From Opitutia bacterium UBA7397 (GTDB taxonomy: Bacteria > Verrucomicrobiota > Verrucomicrobiia > Opitutales > UBA953), in NCBI GenBank assembly GCA_002470605.1, contig DKND01000044.1:44410-100130 (forward strand): a stretch of DNA of 55,721 nt, given 5' to 3'. The notes beneath the pieces are model-generated. The model was not told where the DNA came from. It did no database searches and saw nothing but the letters and a program-made list of their open reading frames with translations. Each line of letters begins with the position of its first letter. Positions within the stretch are counted from its first letter, which is position 1. This document shows, in pieces, positions 9,328 through 18,864 of this stretch. The translations under genes and the position numbers were made by a program.

Positions 9328-11841
9328 ATGTCTACCCCACGACCGGCTAATCGCTCCTATTCCACGGAAGCCTTGGAAAGGTGGTTTGCGTCGATTCCCG
9401 AAGAGTGGGAGGCCTCATTCGAAGCCGCTGACCTGGAAGAAGGGCGCAGAATCTACACCGAAGGCCTGGTTCGTTCGCTTGAGTTAAAAATCGATTCGGC
9501 CGAAGCGGTCACACGCATAGATGATCAAACCGTCCGGGCGGTCATCGAACTCGGAGAGAACCAGCTCGAATGGCGTACGTCACTTCCCGAGGAAGAAAAC
9601 GGTGCTCCTTACGTCGTCGCCGCACTCTACGAGGTCGAAGAATTGCTCGCGGATGAAATCACCCCGATCGACGAGGCAGCCGCCACCGTGGAACCTGAAG
9701 TCGTTATCGAGCCTGAACCGAAAGATAACAACCTCCGCTCGGCTCTAAAACTTCAGGTCTCCTTTGACCTCACCTCCGAAGGTCTGACCACCTCCGCTTC
9801 TTGGGGCGGGAAGGGCGGGCATGCCTGGAACTGCTTTGGCCCAGGAGCCATCCCGGGTGACGAACTTTCAGACGAACAGCGGCAGACCCTTTTTCGTTTT
9901 TCGACCGTCGCCCATCGTGCTGGCTTCATTTACAGCAAGACAGCCGGCACCTGGGCGATGGATAACATCGGCCGAATCGAAAGGTTCGTCCGGGAAGAAT
10001 TAAATGAGTGGCGCAAGCGCTTTAAGCTCTTGGGCGAAGAGGCCTTAAACATATTCCGAAACGAGCAACTACAAGTGGCCGTCGATGCGGAAGCGGAATC
10101 CTCCGGCGACGGCAAATCCTTCAAATTGAACTGGAGACTTAAGGCCGGCAGCCACCGTCTCTTAGCGGAAGAGCAGAAACTTCTGCTCAAAGCCGGCGGG
10201 CGGCCGGTAATCTTGCCAGGCAAGGGCGTAGTAGCGTATAACGCTGCCGTCGCCGACTTTTCGGAGGATTGGCGAACAAAGGACGGCGAAGTGCCGCGCT
10301 ACTTACTGCTTTCGCTTTTCGACCATGCGGCCGTCGGGGCACTAAAGTTAAACGACGACCTAAAAGTCTGGAAGGATCAGCTCTTACATGAACCTACGCC
10401 GCCGGATAATCTCCCGGCTCACCTGCGACCTTACCAAGCCAAGGGCGTGGCATGGCTAGGCCGACTTTGTGATCTTGGTTCGCACCCGTTACTGGCTGAC
10501 GAAATGGGCTTGGGTAAAACCGTCCAAGTTCTGGCGCTGCTCGCCTCTCGGCCAATCGGCGTGCGATCGCTCATCGTCTGTCCAGCCAGCGTCATTCCCG
10601 TCTGGCTTGGGGAGATAAAACGCTTTCATCCCGAACTCTCCGCTTCGGTCCTGACTGCCGACGATGACTTTAACAAGAATCCCGAAGCTAAGCTTTGGAT
10701 TTCAAGTTATACGCAACTCCGCCGTCATGCCGACTTGTTACCTAAAATAACCTTCGGCTATGCGGTCCTCGACGAAGCTCAGGCTATCAAGAATCCCGAA
10801 TCGAAAACGACGCAGACCTGTATCGCAGTCCAAGCCCATCATCGTATCGCGATTACCGGCACTCCTTTGGAAAATCGCCCGACTGACCTTTGGACCATTT
10901 TCCGTTTCCTTATGCCAGGCTTGCTTGGCAAGCGGGCTAATTTCGAGCGTATGATGTTACGCGACCCCTCCGTAGCCTTAGGCAAGGTCCGACGACAGGT
11001 TTCGCCCTTCATCCTCCGGCGCCTCAAACGTCACGTCGCCTCTGATATTCCCCCCAAGATGGAAGTCGTGCTCCCATGCCCACTGACCCATGAGCAAAGA
11101 GCTTTGTACCAACATTTGACGCAGGGTAGCGGCCTTTCCGGTGAACTCGCCGGTTTACTCTCCAAGGATGCCACGTCGGTCCTGACTTTATTAATGCGAC
11201 TTCGCCAAGTCTGTTGCGACCCTGGACTCCTGCCGGACAACTCGGGATGCCCGAGCGCCCATTCAGGTAAAATCACCTTACTAATTTCGAAGCTAACCGA
11301 AATCGCTGCCAACGGCTCCAAGGCTGTCGTCTTCTCCCAGTTTGTCTCCTTGATTGAACGCGTCAAAACGGCCTTGGCCCGCGACCTGCCTAACCTTCCT
11401 ATCTTTGAACTGACTGGCGAAACCAAAGACCGTTCCGCCCCGGTCGAAAACTTCAAGGAAACCAAAGGGCCGGCGCTTTTCCTGGCCTCGCTTAAGGCTG
11501 GCGGCACGGGCATCACCCTAAATACCGCAGAATACGTCTTCTTGCTCGACCCATGGTGGAATCCTGCGGTGGAAGCCCAAGCGGTGGATCGCGTCCACCG
11601 GATCGGTCAAAAAAACCCCGTGCTTATCTATCGAATGATCGCACCGGGTACCGTCGAAGAGCGGATCGAGGAACTGAAGCAAGAGAAACGCGAACTCTTC
11701 TCGACGGTCGTCGGGGATATCCCAGACATGACGGATTGGACCCGACATTTCACTTCGTTAGATGCCCTCATTCGCCTGAGCGATTCGCCGGCGGCCGCAG
11801 CCTCGGCTGAGATCGCACCCGAGCGAGAGCACGAAGGCTGA
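9328..11841 (+). CDS. SNF2/RAD54-family DNA-dependent ATPase (helicase-like)
   Basis: 837 aa. Motif I LLADEMGLGKT, motif II DEAQAIKN, motif III ITGTPLENR, motif V LKAGGTGITL, motif VI DPWWNPAVEAQAVDRVHRIGQ. About 365 aa of non-helicase N-terminal region contains an acidic linker. Confidence 0.9.
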   Translation: MSTPRPANRSYSTEALERWFASIPEEWEASFEAADLEEGRRIYTEGLVRSLELKIDSAEAVTRIDDQTVRAVIELGENQLEWRTSLPEEENGAPYVVAALYEVEELLADEITPIDEAAATVEPEVVIEPEPKDNNLRSALKLQVSFDLTSEGLTTSASWGGKGGHAWNCFGPGAIPGDELSDEQRQTLFRFSTVAHRAGFIYSKTAGTWAMDNIGRIERFVREELNEWRKRFKLLGEEALNIFRNEQLQVAVDAEAESSGDGKSFKLNWRLKAGSHRLLAEEQKLLLKAGGRPVILPGKGVVAYNAAVADFSEDWRTKDGEVPRYLLLSLFDHAAVGALKLNDDLKVWKDQLLHEPTPPDNLPAHLRPYQAKGVAWLGRLCDLGSHPLLADEMGLGKTVQVLALLASRPIGVRSLIVCPASVIPVWLGEIKRFHPELSASVLTADDDFNKNPEAKLWISSYTQLRRHADLLPKITFGYAVLDEAQAIKNPESKTTQTCIAVQAHHRIAITGTPLENRPTDLWTIFRFLMPGLLGKRANFERMMLRDPSVALGKVRRQVSPFILRRLKRHVASDIPPKMEVVLPCPLTHEQRALYQHLTQGSGLSGELAGLLSKDATSVLTLLMRLRQVCCDPGLLPDNSGCPSAHSGKITLLISKLTEIAANGSKAVVFSQFVSLIERVKTALARDLPNLPIFELTGETKDRSAPVENFKETKGPALFLASLKAGGTGITLNTAEYVFLLDPWWNPAVEAQAVDRVHRIGQKNPVLIYRMIAPGTVEERIEELKQEKRELFSTVVGDIPDMTDWTRHFTSLDALIRLSDSPAAAASAEIAPEREHEG

Positions 11842-11842
11842 A

Positions 11843-13243
11843 CTACTTCGCGATCAAATCGTATTCGGATGCGCCGGTGACGGTGACATCCGCGAATTCA
11901 CCGACCGGTAACTTCTTGGGCACCTGGACGATGCCATCGATATCCATGGCATCTCCTTGGCTACGAGCGATGCCAGGACGTTCCACCAAAACCCTCAATT
12001 TACGACCGATAAATTCTTCCCCGCGTTGTTTGGAAAGGCCTTGGAGCAGAAGCATCGCGCGCCCGTGACGTTCGGTTTTAACTTCAGCGTCGAGATGACC
12101 CTCCATCTTGGCCCCACGGGTGCCTTCTTCTTTGGAGTATTTAAAGACGCCGACGCGGTCAAAGCGGGTTTCCGCAAGGAAGTCGAGGAGCTCACTGAAA
12201 TCCGCTTCGGTCTCACCCGGGAAGCCGGCGATAAAAGTCGTGCGGATAACGATGTCGGGGATGCCAGCTCGCATACGTTTAATCAGGTCGCGAATATAAG
12301 CCCCATCGGTCTCACGCTGCATAGCGGTCAACATCCGGTCTGAAATGTGCTGCAAAGGAATGTCGACATACCGCGCGACATGCTTGGATTGTGCAATGGT
12401 TTCTATCAATTCATCGCTCCAATGGGCAGGGTGAGTGTAAAGCAGTCTGATCCAGAAATCTCCTTCGATCATATCCAACTCACGTAAAAGAGATGCCAGT
12501 GATTCGCCTTTCGAAGAGTCGACCTTGCTGCGGGGATTAGGGCGCGCGTCTGTCCAGCGATCCATTCCGAAATAAGTCGTATCCTGTGAGATGAGATTAA
12601 TTTCTTTGACGCCTTCGGCCACCAATTGACGGGCCTCCTTGACGACTGACTCGACCGTGCGACTGCGATGCCGGCCGCGGATACGCGGAATAATGCAGAA
12701 CGTGCAGGGGTGATTACAACCCTCGGCGATCTTGATATAGGCAGAGTGCTTGGGGGTCAGACGAAAGCGAGGCGTGTCAAAGTCAGGGATAAAAGTGGTC
12801 GTTTTCGCCAAGAACTCGGTCATGCCAGCCTCGCCACCCATTACCTTATGGATGACTGGGACAATGTTAGTCACCTGGTCGAGTCCGATATAAGCGTCCA
12901 CTTTAGGCAATTCGACATGACCTTTGGCACCTTCCACCACGGGAAGGGTGCCTTGGTAGCGCTGGGCCATGCAACCGGCCACGATGAGCTTCTGACCCTT
13001 GCGTCGTGCCGTTGCTTTGCCGTCACTCATTTCATAGATGGCTTCGAGAGCCTCGTGCTTTGAAGCATCGATGAACGAACAGGTATTCACGATGACGACA
13101 TCAGCCTCGGAGGCGTCTGCAGTCATCGACATGCCCGCCTTCGCGAGGTGACCGATCATGATTTCAGAATCAATCAGGTTCTTGGCGCAACCAAGGGATA
13201 CGAGGCCTACTTTGACGGACATGGGTCGGATAGGAGCACTCAT
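11843..13243 (-). CDS. rimO: Ribosomal protein S12 methylthiotransferase
   Basis: UPF0004 N-terminal domain (VGLVSLGCAKNLIDSE), radical-SAM CxxxCxxC (CNHPCTFC) and a C-terminal TRAM-like domain. The start is uncertain: TTG 13258, ATG 13243 or ATG 13222. Confidence 0.9.
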   Translation of the reverse strand: MSAPIRPMSVKVGLVSLGCAKNLIDSEIMIGHLAKAGMSMTADASEADVVIVNTCSFIDASKHEALEAIYEMSDGKATARRKGQKLIVAGCMAQRYQGTLPVVEGAKGHVELPKVDAYIGLDQVTNIVPVIHKVMGGEAGMTEFLAKTTTFIPDFDTPRFRLTPKHSAYIKIAEGCNHPCTFCIIPRIRGRHRSRTVESVVKEARQLVAEGVKEINLISQDTTYFGMDRWTDARPNPRSKVDSSKGESLASLLRELDMIEGDFWIRLLYTHPAHWSDELIETIAQSKHVARYVDIPLQHISDRMLTAMQRETDGAYIRDLIKRMRAGIPDIVIRTTFIAGFPGETEADFSELLDFLAETRFDRVGVFKYSKEEGTRGAKMEGHLDAEVKTERHGRAMLLLQGLSKQRGEEFIGRKLRVLVERPGIARSQGDAMDIDGIVQVPKKLPVGEFADVTVTGASEYDLIAK

Positions 13244-13279
13244 TTGTCGAAAAAGCAACCCCGGGACGCTAATCTCGAC

Positions 13280-14113
13280 CTACAACATCAACCAAGCCTC
13301 GGCCGGGACATCTTCGGGTCGGCAAAGTGGCGTTAAGCCGAAATTTGGTAAGGCTGCGAGCCAAGCAGCCACATCGCCGTCGCCCTTAAATAGATTCTTA
13401 GCAGATGACCCCACCTGCTTGCGGCGCTGGGTGAAAAAGCTACGTGCGACCTCGCGGGCGCGTTTGCTTAGGCGTTTGGCATCGGCACGACGACGAAGTA
13501 CCAGCAGGCATGAATCGACCTTGGGCGGGGGGTTAAATGATTGGGCGGGCACCGGATGAACTTTGATCTTTTCGAAGGCGAGGTGCACCTGCGCGGTAAC
13601 GGCGGACCAATGGCTCGTCCCCACTTCTGCGGTCAGGCGCTCAGCGGCTTCCCGTTGCAGCATCAAGACCATCAGAGAAGGATGCGGACCAGCGCAAATG
13701 GCATCCATCCATGGCGTCGAGATAGCGTAGGGCAAATTAGCGATGACCTTGAAAGAACCATCGAGCGGGGACTTCAATCCAGCACGGGGTAATTTGACGG
13801 CGTCACCTTCGGTCAAATGGAAAGTCTTAGGATACTGCGGCAGGAGGGATTCTTCGAGGTGAAACACCATCGTGCGATCGGCTTCGACGGCGTAAAGTTC
13901 GACCCCGGCCCCGAGCAAAGTCCGCGTCAAAGTACCAAGACCTGGACCGACTTCAACGACAGTGTCACCTGAAACGATTTCGCCAAGCTCTAGGGATTTT
14001 CGTACAATATTCCCGTCGACCAGGAAATTCTGTCCCAACCATTTGCGTGGCATGTGCGACAGTCTGGCGAGCAGATCACGCGTTTCCGAAAGCGAAAGAG
14101 GGCCTTCGTTCAT
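13280..14113 (-). CDS. rsmA: 16S rRNA (adenine1518/1519-N6)-dimethyltransferase
   Basis: LGQNFLVD motif, SAM-binding VVEVGPGLGTLT, and VIANLPYAIS. It overlaps the trpC stop by 4 nt. Confidence 0.92.
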   Translation of the reverse strand: MNEGPLSLSETRDLLARLSHMPRKWLGQNFLVDGNIVRKSLELGEIVSGDTVVEVGPGLGTLTRTLLGAGVELYAVEADRTMVFHLEESLLPQYPKTFHLTEGDAVKLPRAGLKSPLDGSFKVIANLPYAISTPWMDAICAGPHPSLMVLMLQREAAERLTAEVGTSHWSAVTAQVHLAFEKIKVHPVPAQSFNPPPKVDSCLLVLRRRADAKRLSKRAREVARSFFTQRRKQVGSSAKNLFKGDGDVAAWLAALPNFGLTPLCRPEDVPAEAWLML

Positions 14114-14901
14114 ACGCTTTTAAAGGCACGAATGAGAGAGGCAGGATTTGCTTCGCGCATCAGAGATTCACCCACAAGTAAAGCGTTGGCACCGGCTGCT
14201 CGCATCCTGGCCGCATCGTCCAGGTTCTTGATACCACTTTCGGCGACCTTAAGAATATTTGCAGGCATGTGCGGAATCACTCTTTCCGCAAAAGCGAGAT
14301 CGATGGCGAAAGTGGAAAGATTCCGATTATTGACTCCGACCATATCGGGGTGATGCGACAAAGCACGGACAAGCTCATCCTCATCGTGAACTTCGAAGAG
14401 TACATCCAGCCCGGCAAGCTTGGCCGCCCGATGCAAAGGACGGATCTCTTCATCGGAGAGGGCCCGGACGATGATCAATATGCAGCGAGCGCCATTCTGT
14501 GCCGCTTCGAGCACCTGAAAGGGATGGAACATGAAGTCCTTACGGATGCAGGGGAGGGGGCGAGTCCGGCGGGCTTGCGAAAGGGTTACCTCCCTGAGAT
14601 CCTTAAGTTCCCCCTTGAAATAAGTCGTTTCCGTCAGAACCGAAAGGCAGTCGGCGCCCGCTTCGGCATAAGATTCAGCCTGAGCAACAGCGTCCACATC
14701 CACGCGAATCGTGCCCACGCTCGGCGATGCCCGTTTGACCTCTGCGATCACCGTCAGATGACCAGGCGACACCAGTGATTGCCGAAAGCCGGGCGTAGGG
14801 TGGATACCCGCAAATGCCGCAAGCTCTCCATCGGCGATAGGTCGCAACAAGTGAGCGATTTCGCTTCGCTTCGCTTGCATGATTTCAGTCAATTTATCCA
14901 C
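14110..14901 (-). CDS. trpC: Indole-3-glycerol phosphate synthase
   Basis: VIAEVKRASPS motif and TIM-barrel IGPS pattern. The ORF track extends to GTG 14976, which abuts mazG. GTG 14901 (MDKLTEIMQAKRSEI...) gives the usual IGPS N-terminus. Confidence 0.9.
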   Translation of the reverse strand: MDKLTEIMQAKRSEIAHLLRPIADGELAAFAGIHPTPGFRQSLVSPGHLTVIAEVKRASPSVGTIRVDVDAVAQAESYAEAGADCLSVLTETTYFKGELKDLREVTLSQARRTRPLPCIRKDFMFHPFQVLEAAQNGARCILIIVRALSDEEIRPLHRAAKLAGLDVLFEVHDEDELVRALSHHPDMVGVNNRNLSTFAIDLAFAERVIPHMPANILKVAESGIKNLDDAARMRAAGANALLVGESLMREANPASLIRAFKSV

Positions 14902-14976
14902 GAACCATAACGAAACACTCTCAGGCCGTCTGGCAATCGTTTTGACTCCCGACCAGCAAGCCGTCTCGATGAACAC

Positions 14977-15636
14977 ATGCCCGGCATCGACCTTCTGATA
15001 GCAACTACCGCCCGATTACGAGCTCCGGATGGGTGCCCTTGGGATAAGGAGCAAAACCACCGGACCATCTGCGATTGCCTCATCGAAGAAGTCGCCGAAC
15101 TCGTCCAAGCCATCGACCGGAACGACCTTGCGAACCTCCGCGAGGAATTAGGCGATCTGCTTTTTCATATTGTCATGCACGCCCAGATGGCCTCCGAAGA
15201 AGGGCATTTCAATTTTGAAGACGTGGCGAAAGAAGTGAACGATAAGATGATCAGAAGGCACCCGCATGTCTTCGGCGAAGGCATCAAGTTAGACGACGCC
15301 GAGGCTGTCATCAAACAGTGGGAACAGATCAAACTCACCGAAAAAGGCCCAAAGAAGTCGACCCTCTTCAAAGAACTCCCACCTGCGCTCAACACCGTTC
15401 TCACCGCCCGTGAAGTCTGGAAACAAATTCAGAAAAAGGGTTATGATGCGGCGCAGACGGTGGATACCACGAGCGTTGAATCCCTCCGAAAGAACCTGAC
15501 GGAAGAACAGGCCGGACAGAAACTCTTCGAGATGATCGCTGCCTGCAGAGATTCGGGAATCGACCCTGATTCGGCCCTTCGTCGCCATACGGCCAAAGTA
15601 GTCGCGACGGCCGAGAAAAATGTCCGTTCGGCCTAA
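14977..15636 (+). CDS. mazG: MazG-family nucleoside triphosphate pyrophosphohydrolase
   Basis: RLRAPDGCPWDKEQNHRTI, plus EExxE-type metal motifs (IEEVAELVQAI, ELGDLLFHIV). Confidence 0.88.
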   Translation: MPGIDLLIATTARLRAPDGCPWDKEQNHRTICDCLIEEVAELVQAIDRNDLANLREELGDLLFHIVMHAQMASEEGHFNFEDVAKEVNDKMIRRHPHVFGEGIKLDDAEAVIKQWEQIKLTEKGPKKSTLFKELPPALNTVLTAREVWKQIQKKGYDAAQTVDTTSVESLRKNLTEEQAGQKLFEMIAACRDSGIDPDSALRRHTAKVVATAEKNVRSA

Positions 15637-15645
15637 GCCAACCTC

Positions 15646-16368
15646 ATGGATTTTGACCCGATTTTAGTGAAAGTCGCTGGGAAGGTGATCGAGGTTTGGC
15701 CCAAAGTTTCGAGCCGCTCCAATCGCGTACGCCTTGCCGTCAAACCCGGCCCAAAGATCATTCTTTCTTTTCCGCCCCATGGTTCACTGGCATCGGCCAA
15801 GGCCTTCCTGAAGGATAATCTACCTTGGCTTGAAAAGGTCGTTTCACGCAGCCGAACTGTCCAAACCTCATTGATTGATCACCTGACGAAGTTTTCTTGG
15901 TTAACCTTAGACGAAAGACATCTCGCAGTTGAGATTGCCCCTGGCACGCGTGCTTCGCTCAAAATCTCCAAGGAAGATGAAAGCGTAAAATTAATCGTCC
16001 CAGAGGATGACCCCGAAGCTGGCGCCGTCCGAGCCCTCCGTCGTCTGGCCGAAACCGGTTTAAGACTCGCCGTTGCTCGCCTCAGCGCCCGGGTAGGGGT
16101 CACCGTCTCGCAAGTCAGCGTGCGCGACCAGACCAGTCGCTGGGGATCGTGTTCATCTAGCGGCACGCTTTCGTTGAATTGGCGGCTCATCCTGCTTCCG
16201 CCGATGCTGCATGATCATGTCATCTTGCACGAACTATCACATCGCAAGCACATGGATCATTCGGACAGATTCTGGAATCAGTTGGCGGCCTGGGACCCCG
16301 AGTGGGAAAAACACGATCAGGCGCTCACCCGGCGGTGGAACGTCATCATGGATCTCGGCCGTTCATGA
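15646..16368 (+). CDS. YgjP-like (DUF45 / SprT-like) metal-dependent hydrolase
   Basis: 240 aa with a C-terminal HExxH motif (ILHELSHRKHMDHSDRFW) in the position typical of DUF45/YgjP. Confidence 0.8.
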   Translation: MDFDPILVKVAGKVIEVWPKVSSRSNRVRLAVKPGPKIILSFPPHGSLASAKAFLKDNLPWLEKVVSRSRTVQTSLIDHLTKFSWLTLDERHLAVEIAPGTRASLKISKEDESVKLIVPEDDPEAGAVRALRRLAETGLRLAVARLSARVGVTVSQVSVRDQTSRWGSCSSSGTLSLNWRLILLPPMLHDHVILHELSHRKHMDHSDRFWNQLAAWDPEWEKHDQALTRRWNVIMDLGRS

Positions 16369-16910
16369 GTGACGAAATCGGCCAATCTCTTGACGAGGTC
16401 TTTGACTTCGTCGACGCGGAGGATCGGGTGATTGGTTCTAATCTTCGCGGCGAAATCCATCGATTAGGCCTTAAGCATCGGGCGATTCATATTTTCTGGC
16501 GACGACCCGATGGTCGCATCTGCCTTCAACGTAGATCCTTTGCCAAAGACAACTGTCCCGGCTTGTTGAGTTCGTCCTGTGCGGGTCACGTCGACAGCGG
16601 TGAAGCTTATCATACCGCCGCACTCCGCGAACTGCGCGAAGAGCTAGGCGTGGCCTTGCCAGCTTCGGCGCTTGAGGAGATTGACTACGCCCCCTGCCAT
16701 CCGGCCTTAGGCAACGAATTCGTACGTTCCTATCTCATGGAAGGCGACTTCACCCCCACCTTGGCAAAGGCCGAAGTTGATGCAATCTTATGGCGATTCC
16801 CTCAAGAAATCGTCGAATGGAGCACCACCGCGACCACCTGGTTTGCGCCACCTCTGATTCATCTCCTCAACCGGCCTGCTATCAGAAATAAATTATCCCT
16901 CCGCGGATAA
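16365..16910 (+). CDS. NUDIX hydrolase
   Basis: Complete Nudix box GHVDSGEAYHTAALRELREELGV (Gx5Ex7REUxEExGU). The start ATG 16365 overlaps the upstream TGA (ATGA). The ORF-track start at 16302 lies inside the upstream gene. Confidence 0.85.
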   Translation: MSDEIGQSLDEVFDFVDAEDRVIGSNLRGEIHRLGLKHRAIHIFWRRPDGRICLQRRSFAKDNCPGLLSSSCAGHVDSGEAYHTAALRELREELGVALPASALEEIDYAPCHPALGNEFVRSYLMEGDFTPTLAKAEVDAILWRFPQEIVEWSTTATTWFAPPLIHLLNRPAIRNKLSLRG

Positions 16911-16954
16911 GTGTTTGAGTCCACGCCCTGACTGAATGATATGAGTCAAGCCCC

Positions 16955-17602
16955 GTGACCACACCCGACGACGCCGATAAGCCCGTAACCGTCCCATGGT
17001 ATCATTGGCTATGGGTAGGGCCTTTGGCCATCTTCCTGCGCGTTTGGCTAGCGACCTTAAGAATCCGCTGCAACGTTCCTCGGTTTGACGACTCCAAGGG
17101 CGCCACAATCATCGTTCTGTGGCACGATCGGCTCTTTATTTCCGCTTTGCTCGCCAACCGATACTTCAGCCGACCCGTGACCGCCTTGATCAGCACCAGC
17201 AAAGACGGATCATGGCTGGTGGCATTTTACCGGCTTATGGGACTACGCGCCATCCGCGGCTCTTCCAGCCGGCGCGGGGCCGCCGCTCTCATTGCGCTTA
17301 CCCGTGAAGTTAGACTGGGAAATCATGCTGGGGTCACCCCAGATGGACCAAAAGGGCCTCGCCGCGAATTCAAACTAGGCGCCATCGCTTTAGCCAAATT
17401 AACCGGCCGGCCTTTCACCGTCATGGGGATTAACTACGCCAAATCATGGCATCTAAAAAGTTGGGATGCCTTTGCACTTCCATGGCCTTTCTCCAAAATT
17501 GAAGTCACGCTTGAAAGCATGGATGTGAACCCAAGTGAAGAATCGGACGAAGATGCTGCACGACGCATTAGTCATCGCCTGACCGCGTTATCAGGGAAGT
17601 GA
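16955..17602 (+). CDS. DUF374-type lysophospholipid acyltransferase family protein
   Basis: 215 aa with an N-terminal hydrophobic segment. VLWHDRLF, STSKDGSW and GVTPDGPKGPR resemble the DUF374 family often found near Kdo/lipid A genes. Confidence 0.7.
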   Translation: MTTPDDADKPVTVPWYHWLWVGPLAIFLRVWLATLRIRCNVPRFDDSKGATIIVLWHDRLFISALLANRYFSRPVTALISTSKDGSWLVAFYRLMGLRAIRGSSSRRGAAALIALTREVRLGNHAGVTPDGPKGPRREFKLGAIALAKLTGRPFTVMGINYAKSWHLKSWDAFALPWPFSKIEVTLESMDVNPSEESDEDAARRISHRLTALSGK

Positions 17603-17603
17603 C

Positions 17604-18194
17604 CTAAGCTCGCCCAAGTAAACGGGCAGAGTATTTGGCAAGCAAATCGGTCTCGATATTGACCTTATCTCCTACATTCTTCTGTGCTAGATTGGTTACA
17701 AGTAAGGTATGCGGAATGATCCAGAGCGTGCATCCGCCTGGAATCAGGTCGGCGACCGTCAGCGACATACCATCAACGGAAATGCAGCCTTTTTTAGCAA
17801 TAAATGCCAACTGTGGCTCAGGTATGCCCAGGTCCAATCTCCAGTCAGGACCCACCTGTCCCCAAAATGTTATCGTTGCCACAGCATCGACATGCCCCGT
17901 CACGAAATGCCCACCCATGCGATCCGTAGGCAGCAGGCTGGGCTCCAAGTTGACGATTGATTGAGCGTCTAAATCACCGAGATTCGTGAGCCGAAGCGTC
18001 TCCGCGAGAATATCAAATGAGGCATGGTCATCCGCCGGTTCCGTCACCGTAAGGCAACAGCCATTGATGGCGATGCTATCACCTGCACGAGCTTGACGGA
18101 GCAGAGGGTGCCGTAAAGTCAAACGCGCACCCAGTTCGCCTCGTGACAGAAGAGCGACAACCTTACCAGTGCCTTGAACCAAGCCAGTGAACAT
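17604..18194 (-). CDS. ribE: Riboflavin synthase (alpha chain)
   Basis: MFTGLVQGTGKV N-terminus, two lumazine-binding repeats, 196 aa. Confidence 0.9.
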   Translation of the reverse strand: MFTGLVQGTGKVVALLSRGELGARLTLRHPLLRQARAGDSIAINGCCLTVTEPADDHASFDILAETLRLTNLGDLDAQSIVNLEPSLLPTDRMGGHFVTGHVDAVATITFWGQVGPDWRLDLGIPEPQLAFIAKKGCISVDGMSLTVADLIPGGCTLWIIPHTLLVTNLAQKNVGDKVNIETDLLAKYSARLLGRA

Positions 18195-18230
18195 ACCAAA
18201 GAAAAGCGGCCGCTTAACGGCCCCAAGTGG

Positions 18231-18527
18231 TTAGTTTTGTTTACCTTCTTGAGCTCGCTTGGCCTTTTCTTCGGCTTCGATTCTAGCACGAACAGCGGCA
18301 CGCTCTTCATCCTCAATCTGCTTAAGACGTACCTTGCGGCGCTCGTCTTCTTCGACGGCGTTACGGACTTCGCTTTCGACCTCTTCCGAAGCTTTTTTAA
18401 ATTCGCGCTTAGCTTTGCCGAGACCACGGGCGAGCTCAGGAATCTTGGAGCCACCAAAAAGAAGGAGGGCTACGGCGAGGATAGCCCAAAAAACTGGGCC
18501 GTCTAGCATGGCGAGAGAGAGATGCAT
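18231..18527 (-). CDS. tatA: Twin-arginine translocase TatA/E family protein
   Basis: TM helix plus hinge ([33 protein letters not shown]), followed by a long charged tail. The start is uncertain (ATG 18527 or 18509). The ORF-track start at 18584 would collide with acyP. Confidence 0.8.
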   Translation of the reverse strand: MHLSLAMLDGPVFWAILAVALLLFGGSKIPELARGLGKAKREFKKASEEVESEVRNAVEEDERRKVRLKQIEDEERAAVRARIEAEEKAKRAQEGKQN

Positions 18528-18582
18528 AGGTTTGCGGTTGCTGGGATAGTCTGAGTGGTGAACATTCATGTAAGTTGCCCCC

Positions 18583-18864
18583 ATGTCAACCCATGTCTCT
18601 CATCGCGATGTCTGGTATACCGGCCACGTCCAAGGCGTAGGCTTCAGGGCTCAGGTCTTGACTGTGGCCAGGGGGTTTGACGTCACCGGGTATGTCCAAA
18701 ACCTTACGGACGGAAGAGTCTACCTTCACGCGGAAGGAACCGGCAAAGAGGTCGAAAGGTTCACCGAGCAGATTGCCATCGCACTTGATGGTCATATAAA
18801 GTCGGAAGAAATCCGAGGGTTTTCCGGCGTCAGAACCTGTCGCGATTTTAGCATTAAACGATGA
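18583..18864 (+). CDS. acyP: Acylphosphatase
   Basis: 93 aa with VQGVGFR phosphate-binding motif and [17 protein letters not shown]. Confidence 0.85.
   Translation: MSTHVSHRDVWYTGHVQGVGFRAQVLTVARGFDVTGYVQNLTDGRVYLHAEGTGKEVERFTEQIAIALDGHIKSEEIRGFSGVRTCRDFSIKR

Noticed and set aside
9328-11841. SNF2 helicase as a possible core of a defence system (DISARM, BREX or Zorya-like).
   Set aside because: No methyltransferase, nuclease, PLD, DUF1998 or other partner is adjacent. The flanking genes are sucA and rimO. It is a stand-alone gene in core context.
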